The notes beneath the pieces were generated by a model. It ran no database searches. It was not told where the DNA came from and saw nothing but the letters and a program-made list of their open reading frames with translations. From positions 30,271-94,270 of the forward strand of contig CALXMU010000002.1 of NCBI GenBank assembly GCA_944389555.1: a DNA stretch of 64,000 bases. Direction: 5' to 3'. This DNA comes from an uncultured Alphaproteobacteria bacterium (GTDB lineage: Bacteria > Pseudomonadota > Alphaproteobacteria > Rs-D84). Positions 17,449 to 26,368 of this stretch are shown one piece after another (position 1 is the stretch's first letter; each line of letters begins with the position of its first letter). Made by a program: the position numbers and the translations under genes.

Positions 17449-19209
17449 TTAACGTGCTGTTACTCCGCGTGTGGTTACACTTCTTGTAGTTTCATTTGCG
17501 TTTAATAAATTGATAGAAGTATTTGTTTTAAGTGCTTGTGATAAGTCGGTATTAAGCTTTGTTACACATTTGCCGTTTTCAAGTTTTTGGTTTACACCGC
17601 ATTCACAAACACCTGTGGTCGTATTAAATGTACCACCATTAGAACAGATACAATTTAAACTACTGCTATTCCAAATGCCTCCTGCAATTTTACAACGATT
17701 TTCCATTTCGTTATGTGGGATAGAGGTATCTTTTTTGCAACCTCCCATAAAGTCATCGTATATTTCTCCATCTGGACATTTAGGTTCTTTACAGAAATTA
17801 TTTTCCCATGTGCCGCCAGTTGCTTCACACTTTTTCTGAAGTTCTTCGTAGGTGGGGCGCTCATTATTAGCGCTGTCTTTTTTGTCTGATTTATCTTCTT
17901 CGGTACTTTGGGTTTTTGTGTCTTTTTTATCGTCTTCTTCAGCAGACGCATTACCATAATTTTCTTCGTGTTCTTTTTCTGCGTCCTTTAGCGCGTTTTC
18001 TGCTTTTTGACGATCTATGGCACGGCTAATCGCACCAGATGTAATCGCACCTGCCGCAACACCTAAACCAGAACCCAGTAAGGCAGATGATGCAGATGTT
18101 TGTTCGCGGGTTAAACGATAAGCATTTTCCATAAATGTCGTTACATCTATACCAAACCAATTGGGGGTGCAACTGAATACATCACCGGCGTACAATTTTT
18201 TAGACGCATATAACGTAGCGTCGTCCCCAGCATAGAAGTTTACCGTAAATACGCAACTGAATGTACGTTCATCAAACATTGCGCCAAGACTTGTACATTG
18301 CTGTGCCATTTGGTCGCGTAACTCGTACAAGCGTTCTTCATCTTTCTGAATTTGAACCTCTGCATCTTGACGTAGATTTGCAAAAACTTGCATTGCTCGA
18401 CTGGCCAAACCGCTGTCTTGCTGTACACAGTTGTCGGCAATGGTTTTACATTTTGCGATTGCGGCGTCACCGGCAGTCTTACCAAGGCATTTACTGAACG
18501 TTTCTCCGCATTCTGTCATAATGCAATTGTTATATTGATTCCCGCAGTTTATTACGGCATTATAAGATGCCAAACGAGCATTCATATCGCGGTCAGCTTT
18601 TATTTCAGCGGCAAACAGTCTGTATTCTTCACCCGTACAATCCAATTGAAGACGGCAAGATTCCATTTTGTTGCCCCAAGATGTATCTGTATCACCGCTG
18701 CATTGCGTAAAATCTTGACCACATTTATTTTGCATACAGGTACGTAGCCCTGCGTCACACGCGTTAACGCTGCCTGATTGCGTTTTTTGTGTGGCTGTAG
18801 TTATTGCAGATTGCGCGTCAAGTTCTGCGCGTTGCTGACGGACAAGTTCCGCAAGATTATCAGCAGAAGAATCTGTTTGGGGGGTGCCCGAAGAAGATAA
18901 TACTGCATCAAATTGAGATGATTTATTCTCAATAATTTCTTCTGTTTCCGTTACGGTTTCAGTTTCAGGTTCTTCTTCTGTTTCGCTTGTTTCATTCGTA
19001 CTGGTTGTTGCGCTTACAGTTGTTGTCGGCATGCGGCCAATATTGCTTCGAGTAGAGGTATTAACTGTCGGGCGAGACGATGCGCCTGTACTACGGGATA
19101 CAACAGCGGCCCCTTGGGCACTAAAAGCAAGTAATGCAAGCATAGTTGCGCATAAAGTTATACGAACTGTAAAATAATCTTTATAAAAATTACGTTGCGT
19201 TGTATTCAT
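17449..19209 (-). CDS. Secreted Cys-rich protein with glycine zipper and acidic/Lys linker (586 aa)
   Basis: CDAGLRTCMQNKCG, LYAGDVFSCTPNWFG, LLGSGLGVAAGAITSG, EGF-like Cys tail; 10 bp from the 14982 gene. Confidence 0.85.
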   Translation of the reverse strand: MNTTQRNFYKDYFTVRITLCATMLALLAFSAQGAAVVSRSTGASSRPTVNTSTRSNIGRMPTTTVSATTSTNETSETEEEPETETVTETEEIIENKSSQFDAVLSSSGTPQTDSSADNLAELVRQQRAELDAQSAITTATQKTQSGSVNACDAGLRTCMQNKCGQDFTQCSGDTDTSWGNKMESCRLQLDCTGEEYRLFAAEIKADRDMNARLASYNAVINCGNQYNNCIMTECGETFSKCLGKTAGDAAIAKCKTIADNCVQQDSGLASRAMQVFANLRQDAEVQIQKDEERLYELRDQMAQQCTSLGAMFDERTFSCVFTVNFYAGDDATLYASKKLYAGDVFSCTPNWFGIDVTTFMENAYRLTREQTSASSALLGSGLGVAAGAITSGAISRAIDRQKAENALKDAEKEHEENYGNASAEEDDKKDTKTQSTEEDKSDKKDSANNERPTYEELQKKCEATGGTWENNFCKEPKCPDGEIYDDFMGGCKKDTSIPHNEMENRCKIAGGIWNSSSLNCICSNGGTFNTTTGVCECGVNQKLENGKCVTKLNTDLSQALKTNTSINLLNANETTRSVTTRGVTAR

Positions 19210-19218
19210 TTCTTCTGT

Positions 19219-20088
19219 TTATTCTAGTACATCACATGCTACGTCATAAAAGTTACAAAATAGAGTTGCAGTTGCGCGTTCTGATGCATATCCTGCTTCA
19301 CATTTATTCGGCATGCTTCGTTGACATATAGTTTCTATGCAATTTTCTAATGCGGCATCATCTTTGCAAGAAGCCTGAGCAGATAATAATTTCTGTTCGC
19401 GAGCATTTTGATAACTTGCCACAATGCTTTCTATTAAAATATCAGCGTTCTTTATTGCCGTGTCTCGTGCATTTGTCAGATTAGTACGAATGTCAGCAAT
19501 ATAATTAGCGCAACCAGTTGCTTCTACGCTGCATGCCGAAAAGAAATTATTAAAGCTGCTAGCGTCTTCACAGGCGCTATAATCTGATCCGCATCTTTTA
19601 TCTTCTATCATACAAGCCCGAATCGATGATAAGCAAGTTGAAGCACTGGCGGTTTGCTTATTTGCATCGGCAATCGTTGACGCCATTTGGGCGCTAACGC
19701 CTGCCGCACGACAAGATTGTTCTATCAATTCATCATATACGTCAGAAACGTCGTCCGCCGTGCAACCTTCAACTTTTTCAATACAGCGTCTTGCAGCCCA
19801 TATATAGCGTTGACCAGGATCCGATGGAGCGTCTTCTAATTCATCTTCTGTAATCGTGTATCGTGCAGATAATCCTAATGATAAAGCACGCATACCAGAT
19901 GAAGCAGGCGGTGTTCCGGCGTTTGCACTGCCGCAATATTGACATCTGGCTGCAGGATTCGAGGATATGTTTATCGCACATACGGAATCCAGACAACGCG
20001 TTAAATTCATTTGGGAACACGTGGCCGCCAACGTGACGCTGGGGCAGGTCATTAAAATACAAATAAAAAATAGGCTACTTTTTTTCAT
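19219..20088 (-). CDS. Secreted Cys-rich protein (289 aa), first gene of a 3-gene minus-strand operon
   Basis: Signal peptide; LTRCLDSVC...RCQYC resembles the family CMDxFC motif. Confidence 0.85.
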   Translation of the reverse strand: MKKSSLFFICILMTCPSVTLAATCSQMNLTRCLDSVCAINISSNPAARCQYCGSANAGTPPASSGMRALSLGLSARYTITEDELEDAPSDPGQRYIWAARRCIEKVEGCTADDVSDVYDELIEQSCRAAGVSAQMASTIADANKQTASASTCLSSIRACMIEDKRCGSDYSACEDASSFNNFFSACSVEATGCANYIADIRTNLTNARDTAIKNADILIESIVASYQNAREQKLLSAQASCKDDAALENCIETICQRSMPNKCEAGYASERATATLFCNFYDVACDVLE

Positions 20089-20171
20089 TTCTCTCTTTCA
20101 TAAAAGTATATCAAAAAAACAAAAGCCCTGCAAAGTGAAAAATGCCACCAAAATTTATTTGTTAGTTTTTA

Positions 20172-20200
20172 TTGACAAAATAATATATTTGTCTTATATT
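20172..20200 (+). promoter_or_regulatory. sigma70-like promoter
   Basis: TTGACA-N17-TATATT, 28 bp before the 20229 ATG. Confidence 0.65.
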
Positions 20201-20228
20201 ATAGTGTGTAATAATAAAAGGTTATAAA

Positions 20229-20936
20229 ATGAATTGGGACAAAGTTATCTCTTATGGGTCAGGGGTTATCGCAACAGTTGCGTTTGCTGTCGTTTGTATA
20301 AATGCTTGCTCTGACCGTAATAAAGATATAGAAAATTTAAAAAAAGCCAATGAAACAATAAAAAGTGCTAGCGAAGCAGTTGAAAAAAGTCGGAAAATAA
20401 TAAAAATTCTTGATGAAGAGAACGAAGCTTTACGTGATTCTGTTACAATGTGGCGTGATTCAACGGCAATCTACCGCGATTCAACGGCGTTTTATAAAGA
20501 TGCTTGGCAAGATTGTGAAAAGGGTAAAAGGTGTGTAAGAAAAACTACGCCGGTTAAAACAAAACCTGTGCCTATAGTAACACCAAAACCTGTTCGCCCA
20601 GCAGAACCGAAGAAAGAAAATTGTTCAAATAATGACAACGTTACGAAAATTGATGTACGTGACAATTCCGTAAATAATGGAAATATAATTGTTAGCAATG
20701 ATAATAATGGTAACAGTAATACCGAAATTACTCTTGGAAATGGCGCTGTCAACGAAGGTAACATTGTTGTGAATAACGGTGGTAATGTGACAATCAATGG
20801 TGATAATAATTGTGCAATTGATTCTTTACGTAATGTGGTTGATTCTTTGAAACAAAATACCGCAAAAGGAAATTATGCCGCCGCATCAAGCGTTGTGGTT
20901 CTGAGAAAAGTGAAGACTTATCGTCGTACTCGTTAA
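20229..20936 (+). CDS. Hypothetical membrane-anchored protein (coiled coil, Pro linker, Asn-rich beta-repeat)
   Basis: N-terminal hydrophobic helix; 3 x RDS heptad; NNGNI/NEGNI repeats. Confidence 0.75.
   Translation: MNWDKVISYGSGVIATVAFAVVCINACSDRNKDIENLKKANETIKSASEAVEKSRKIIKILDEENEALRDSVTMWRDSTAIYRDSTAFYKDAWQDCEKGKRCVRKTTPVKTKPVPIVTPKPVRPAEPKKENCSNNDNVTKIDVRDNSVNNGNIIVSNDNNGNSNTEITLGNGAVNEGNIVVNNGGNVTINGDNNCAIDSLRNVVDSLKQNTAKGNYAAASSVVVLRKVKTYRRTR
20433..20495 (+). repeat. 3 x 21-bp in-frame tandem repeat (RDSxxxx)
   Basis: cgtgattctgttacaatgtgg / cgtgattcaacggcaatctac / cgcgattcaacggcgttttat. Confidence 0.75.
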
Positions 20937-20954
20937 GTTATTACGTGATTTATT

Positions 20955-20986
20955 CACCCCGAGTTATGTGCTCGGGGTGTTTTTTT
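20955..20986 (+). terminator. Intrinsic terminator
   Basis: CACCCCGAG-TTATGTG-CTCGGGGTG-TTTTTTT. Confidence 0.85.
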
Positions 20987-21052
20987 AGAAAGTTTTTTCT
21001 AGACATATAATTTAGATGTATGTTAAAATAATTCGCATAGAGAGAATTGTTT

Positions 21053-24000
21053 ATGAAATACATCAGATTATTATTATTAGCATTATTTTTAATTCCCGCT
21101 GGTTCTTTTGCAGCAAGTTCTACTAATAATGAGTTTATGGTTGCTGCTCAATTATTGTCTGCGGCAAAAAATGCCGATATTCAGCAAGTTCAGATTCTGA
21201 TAAATAGTGGTGCAAATGTAAATTATGTTGATAGTACGGGTTTGTCTTTGGTTTGTACGGCATTGATGAATAATGATATTCGTGCTGCGCAAATTTTGCA
21301 GATGTATGGTGCAGATGCTTCTCAATGTGACAGGCAAATAAAGCAATATGAATCTAGAAATAAGCCCGAAAGTAGTGGGGGGCTGTTTAGCGGATTATCC
21401 TCCGCCCATACGATTTCTTTGGCGGCGGCGGGAGCCGCCGTTGTTGTAGGTGGGCTTTTTTTATTAACTGATTGGTTGGACCCTGGTAACGAAAATAGTG
21501 GTGGTTCATCAAGTGAAAATCGTCCTGGCGGTGATGGCGGTGGAAGCGGTGGTGATAGTGAAGTTATCGTTTCAGAGGCAATTCCTGTGGGACCCGCATA
21601 TTTTACTTCTAGCGGTGAAATTTCTTATTCAGAGGCTCAATATCAATCAAATCTAGCGCAATGGGACCCAAGTGCTGGTGGAGTACGAGAAGCAGATTTT
21701 AATTATTTTAGACCGACAGAACAACCGACGAATAATTATATTATAGATGGTATTGCCGTCCCATTACAAAATTATTTGTTGATTATGCATGGGTATTCTT
21801 CTTTCGCAAACGGTTATATGGGGCAGACGACGTTTCGCGATGCTTCACATAATCCAATTAAAGTCTTAAATGAAACAGGTGGGGGAAAACCTATTCTTAC
21901 TACGTTGATTACGGCAAATGGGATAAATCCAACTGGTTCTGCAGAACGTACAGTCGAAGGTATTACTTGGTCTGATTCAACGGCTGCTACATCAAATACG
22001 TATACGTCTGATAAATATGCTAATTATAATAATCCGTCTGGTAATAATTTGGGAAATGAAATAGCTGGTTTTGATTTATCTGGCAGCGGTACAGCAATGA
22101 ATCCTTTCGCAACGGCAACGGAAACTGCGCTGGCAAAGATTATAGGCGGGTGGGAAGCTGGTGGGCGTGCTTATGGCGATTTATACGGTTTTACTCCGAA
22201 TGGGCAGTTAGCAGTATATAGAACAGGCGGTGGCGGTAAATGGGTGGATGTAGAAAAACCGACCGAAGGTGCCGTTGTAGGGACTTTGACAGATTCTGGT
22301 ACTGCTGGGACAGCCGGTGTTATTAATACTGGGGATACGATAACGATAAACGGGGTGACATACACTATATCGTCTGCATTGGATGATGCAGGGGTTACCA
22401 ATCCTACAATTACAATAGGTGATACAACCTATAAACTTGGTGCAGGCAGCAATTTGTTAAAAGGTTCTTGTACAGGTGATAATTGCGAAGACGTTTCTGA
22501 TATAGCTATTTATCAAGGTACTGATGGTTATTATTATGTAAATACTTCTGGTGGCGATAAACCTGATGCGGTTTATGTTATAAATAATAATAATATATAT
22601 ACTCAAAAAGAATGGCAGGAATCTGACGTTAGAAATTATGAGGCGATATATAACGCTAGAACAAATGGTTCAAGCGTAATTGCAAACGCAACTTTAAATC
22701 CAGACTCTCGGCAAGTTTCATATACTAATATCGGTGAAATAGAGTCCTATTTTGCTTTGGGTGGGGATTCAAACAAGAAAATATTGTTTGGAAATTTGAT
22801 AAATAATTATTATGAAAAAGATTCTAGTGACGCAACAAGTCAGGGGGGATATGCTAACTCGATATTTAATGGATATAATAACACTTTGCCGATATTGGTA
22901 AACCCGGCCGGTGAGTTTGCTTGGGGGCAGGGTGAAGGTAAAACAATGAATGTTTTAGATGCAACGTTTGAAAACTATGCACCTGCTTTATACGATTCTA
23001 ATTTAGAACACATGTTTATGACTATCGTCGCTGTTCAGCATTCTAAAGGAACTTCTAATGCGGATAGTATTTCTGGATATGGAAATGGAACGGGCAGTGA
23101 TTATGGTCCTTTATATTTATCTATGTGGAAAGACAGCGAAGGTAATCAATATATGTCCAGAAAATGTGGTGTTGCGGGTTTAGGGATAAATGGTGTTGAT
23201 CCATGGTGTTTCTCAGCGGCAGGACCAACGGCAGAAATGGCAACGGCATCTGCAGCGGGGGCCGTGGCCGCATTAAAAGGCGCCTTTAATTATATGTCTA
23301 ATACAGATATATTCATATTGATGGCGTTGACGGCAGATGGTCCTTATTTGGGAACTGATAGCGCAGGAAATGCTTTCACTGTTGATAGTTTGGTTAGTTA
23401 TCTAAAGAATATGTATTCTTTGCCGCCTGATTATCATTCTGACCAACTGTTTGGGCAAGATTATCTTGATGCGTTTGCAGAAGTATACGGTTATGGTATG
23501 ATAAACTTAGAGCGTGCTATGAAGCCTGGTAATAAAATTTATTTCTATGACGGGAATACAATTGTTTCGGATAATGGTAATGCATATTGGCGCGCAGCAT
23601 CAAATACTATATTCCGTGCGTCGTCAGCGTTTAGTCCTTCTACTGCGAAAATTAGCGCACCTTTTTATGACATCGTAGAAAGTTTAGACGGTGAAATTTC
23701 TTTACCAAGAATTTGGAAAAATGAGTTTGCTTTGGGGGCTTCCAGCAGGCGCGGTTTATATATGGGTGATGTTCTTGGTGAATTTAAGACACGTAACGAT
23801 GCGACAGAGCGCGTGCAGTTTGGTAATTTTGGTTTTTCTATGTCTTTGTCTGAAAAACCGTATGCCGATAACTTAGACGGTTTGGATAATATGGAATTAG
23901 ATTATACGTATGGTAATTGGAATTTTGCAGCTAGTTATCAAAGGCATTTTACAGATGGGGCATCTAGGTTTGATGGTATGTCCAACCCGATTTTAGGTTT

Positions 24001-24760
24001 GACTTCAAATGCAGTTACATCTGACATTGTTTATAATATGGGGCGTTGGTCTTTTGGTGGTCGCGCTTATTCTGGTGCTATCACTGATGAAACGATGTTG
24101 GATAACGACCCGACATTGGCCTCTCAATATTTGCCGGCTCGTCTTGGTATGATGCAGGGTGCACAGTCCGACGTTAATTGGCAGGGCGAAAAAATTGGTT
24201 TTTCTGCATCTGTCGGGGCGGCGTATGAAACAGATACTTTATTGGGGGCTCAGACTGGTGGACTATTAGATATGGGTAACGGAGAAACAATGTACGTTGA
24301 TACTGAGTTCCGTTATAGCCCAACGGAAAACATTACAATGAAATTGCGTTCTACTTTTGCGCGCACAACAACAGATGCCGAAGGGCAGTTCATACTTGGT
24401 ATTTCTGATATTGATTCTAATGCTTTTGCGTTTGGTGTTGACGCCGGTAATTTTAGTTTCAGTGTGGCTCAGCCGTTAAGTGTAAGCGGAGGAAGTTTGC
24501 AATATCCGTATGCGGACTATGAAATTGTAGATTTGGGTGACGGAAAGTATGATATTTCTATAAGTAATATGCATATAGAAAACGTAGATTTACGACCAGA
24601 AAACAGAGAGGTTCGTTTTACCGGTAGTTATCGTCATAATTTCGGAGAATTCACAGATGGTGCAATTGGGTTTATATATCGTGTGAACCCGAATAATACA
24701 AATGAATTCGGTAATGAATCAATCTTTATGATGAAATTGAGCCATCGTTTGGGGATTTAA
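21053..24760 (+). CDS. Large secreted protein: ankyrin repeats, degenerate subtilase (S8)-like region and beta-rich outer-membrane-like C-terminus
   Basis: LINSGANVNYVDSTGLSLV...LQMYGAD (ankyrin); MATASAAGAVAALKGAFNYMS and VYGYGMINLERAMKP (S8-like); alternating aromatic/Gly C-terminal strands. Confidence 0.75.
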   Translation: MKYIRLLLLALFLIPAGSFAASSTNNEFMVAAQLLSAAKNADIQQVQILINSGANVNYVDSTGLSLVCTALMNNDIRAAQILQMYGADASQCDRQIKQYESRNKPESSGGLFSGLSSAHTISLAAAGAAVVVGGLFLLTDWLDPGNENSGGSSSENRPGGDGGGSGGDSEVIVSEAIPVGPAYFTSSGEISYSEAQYQSNLAQWDPSAGGVREADFNYFRPTEQPTNNYIIDGIAVPLQNYLLIMHGYSSFANGYMGQTTFRDASHNPIKVLNETGGGKPILTTLITANGINPTGSAERTVEGITWSDSTAATSNTYTSDKYANYNNPSGNNLGNEIAGFDLSGSGTAMNPFATATETALAKIIGGWEAGGRAYGDLYGFTPNGQLAVYRTGGGGKWVDVEKPTEGAVVGTLTDSGTAGTAGVINTGDTITINGVTYTISSALDDAGVTNPTITIGDTTYKLGAGSNLLKGSCTGDNCEDVSDIAIYQGTDGYYYVNTSGGDKPDAVYVINNNNIYTQKEWQESDVRNYEAIYNARTNGSSVIANATLNPDSRQVSYTNIGEIESYFALGGDSNKKILFGNLINNYYEKDSSDATSQGGYANSIFNGYNNTLPILVNPAGEFAWGQGEGKTMNVLDATFENYAPALYDSNLEHMFMTIVAVQHSKGTSNADSISGYGNGTGSDYGPLYLSMWKDSEGNQYMSRKCGVAGLGINGVDPWCFSAAGPTAEMATASAAGAVAALKGAFNYMSNTDIFILMALTADGPYLGTDSAGNAFTVDSLVSYLKNMYSLPPDYHSDQLFGQDYLDAFAEVYGYGMINLERAMKPGNKIYFYDGNTIVSDNGNAYWRAASNTIFRASSAFSPSTAKISAPFYDIVESLDGEISLPRIWKNEFALGASSRRGLYMGDVLGEFKTRNDATERVQFGNFGFSMSLSEKPYADNLDGLDNMELDYTYGNWNFAASYQRHFTDGASRFDGMSNPILGLTSNAVTSDIVYNMGRWSFGGRAYSGAITDETMLDNDPTLASQYLPARLGMMQGAQSDVNWQGEKIGFSASVGAAYETDTLLGAQTGGLLDMGNGETMYVDTEFRYSPTENITMKLRSTFARTTTDAEGQFILGISDIDSNAFAFGVDAGNFSFSVAQPLSVSGGSLQYPYADYEIVDLGDGKYDISISNMHIENVDLRPENREVRFTGSYRHNFGEFTDGAIGFIYRVNPNNTNEFGNESIFMMKLSHRLGI

Positions 24761-25003
24761 TAAAAGAAATTCGTCCGGCAAGTTGTCTCACAGAAAAAGT
24801 CTGTGGGACAATTTTGTCTTACGAAATGTTTGTTTACTTTATAATCTATCTTTTTAATCGTTATCATAATATTAACACATTTATTGTAAAACTTTAGTGA
24901 GCAATAATTGCAAGATTGATGGCAAATTTAATAAAAAAGTATCTATACCAAGGAAGTTTTTAAGGTCTTTACTAGATTTATTTTTTGTATTAAACTAAAA
25001 ATG

Positions 25004-25212
25004 TCTGGGGGTGTTCCCTGGATGAGGACTTGAAACCTCTCATAGAACGTGGGGCATATGCGTTAGTATGCCGAAGTAACTCCATCCAAATTGGTTGGAG
25101 GGTGGCGATATATTTGAATAAGCCCGCTATTTTCTATGATAGTTTCAAGCCTCCAACCGCCTTCAAAATTTGGCGGTTTTTTCATTCTTTCAAATCAAAA
25201 AGGAGGTTTTGA
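25004..25212 (+). promoter_or_regulatory. Structured 5' leader / attenuator-like element, copy B
   Basis: TCTGGGG-GTGTT-CCCTGGA hairpin; GGTTGGAGG (25093-25101) with CCTCCAACC (25150-25158); terminator AACCGCC...GGCGGTT-TTTT; TTTACT-N17-TAAACT promoter at 24968-24996. Confidence 0.75.
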
Positions 25213-25755
25213 ATGAAAAAACTTATATTTGGGTTTGCTATCGTATGTTTGTATAGTTCGGTCGCTTATGCGGCACAGGATTGTTGCGCAAAATGTGGAG
25301 CAATTCCACATAGTGCATCTTGTAAAAACTCCGATATTTGTAATTGTGAAGACATTGTTACAACTGATTATACTTATGGAATTGTTACAACGCAAAAAGG
25401 AGAACTTTTGGTAAATTGTAACACTATAGCTACCGCTTTTTGCATACACGGCATAGAAAGTTATTCTTGCGCAAGCGGCTTTTATGGGACCGCAAACAAT
25501 TCAACATCTGGATGTACTAAGTGTCCGAGTAACGCCACATGCCGTGGAGGGAACTTTTCTGTTTTTGTCTGTCTACAGGGGTATTATAAAAATGGGGATA
25601 CGTGTTCACGTTGTCCTGGTTTTGGTAGTACAAATGGTACAACAGCTGGTAACGGCGCAGATTCAATAACAGATTGCTATTTGCCGGCTGGGACAAGTGG
25701 AAGTGATGCAACGGGTTCTTTTACGTATACATCTGATTGTTATTATGTGCAATAA
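25213..25755 (+). CDS. Small secreted Cys-rich protein (TNFR/GCC-like Cys modules)
   Basis: Signal peptide; SCASGFYG...CTKCPSNATCRGG, CLQGYYKNGDTCSRCP, ADSITDCY; AGGAGG RBS. Confidence 0.85.
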   Translation: MKKLIFGFAIVCLYSSVAYAAQDCCAKCGAIPHSASCKNSDICNCEDIVTTDYTYGIVTTQKGELLVNCNTIATAFCIHGIESYSCASGFYGTANNSTSGCTKCPSNATCRGGNFSVFVCLQGYYKNGDTCSRCPGFGSTNGTTAGNGADSITDCYLPAGTSGSDATGSFTYTSDCYYVQ

Positions 25756-25756
25756 A

Positions 25757-25776
25757 AACGCCTCTTGCGAGGCGTT
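25757..25776. terminator. Bidirectional terminator
   Basis: AACGCCTC-TTGC-GAGGCGTT between the 25213 gene and grpE. Confidence 0.75.
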
Positions 25777-25777
25777 C

Positions 25778-26308
25778 TTATTTACTTACTATTACCATGG
25801 CGGTACGCATAACCGTGTCACCAAACATATAACCAGGTTGTAATTCTTCAATTATTGTGTTTGGAGCTGGTTTTGGATTCGCATCTGCTGGGGCGTCAAT
25901 TACTTGTATAGCATTATGAAATTGTGGGTTTAAAATTTGACCGACCGATTCGATTTTTGTTATACCAATCTGAGTAAATGCATCATTCATTGCCATTGCC
26001 ATAGACTTTATACCTTCATCTTCCGGAGAATGTTTCTGTGCCGCTTCAATAGCATCCATAACTGGTAAAAATTTTTTCGCAACGGACATTGCTCGATTTC
26101 GTGCGCTGGATTCTATATCTATCGTTGCACGACGACGAGTGTTTTCCAGTTCCGCAGCAAGGCGAAGGTATTTATCTGTAAGTTCTGTTATTTGATCATT
26201 TAATTTTTCAATTTCGTTATTATCTATTTCAACTTCTTGTTCTGGTTTTGTGTTCGTGTTTTCTTCCGAAATTGAAACTTCATCGATTTTTACGTCTTTT
26301 TCTTCCAT
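25778..26308 (-). CDS. grpE: Nucleotide exchange factor GrpE
   Basis: YLRLAAELENTRRR, LNPQFHNAI, LQPGYMFGDTVMRTAMV. Confidence 0.95.
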   Translation of the reverse strand: MEEKDVKIDEVSISEENTNTKPEQEVEIDNNEIEKLNDQITELTDKYLRLAAELENTRRRATIDIESSARNRAMSVAKKFLPVMDAIEAAQKHSPEDEGIKSMAMAMNDAFTQIGITKIESVGQILNPQFHNAIQVIDAPADANPKPAPNTIIEELQPGYMFGDTVMRTAMVIVSK

Positions 26309-26368
26309 ATTGATACCTATTGTCCAGTAAAGGGGGTGGCGGATGACACCCCCATTTTTACTATAAAT

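Noticed and set aside
25030-25212. 60-aa ORF (TTG start) spanning leader copy B
   Set aside because: The equivalent frame in copy A stops early and the peptide is not conserved; the conservation is in base pairing, not coding
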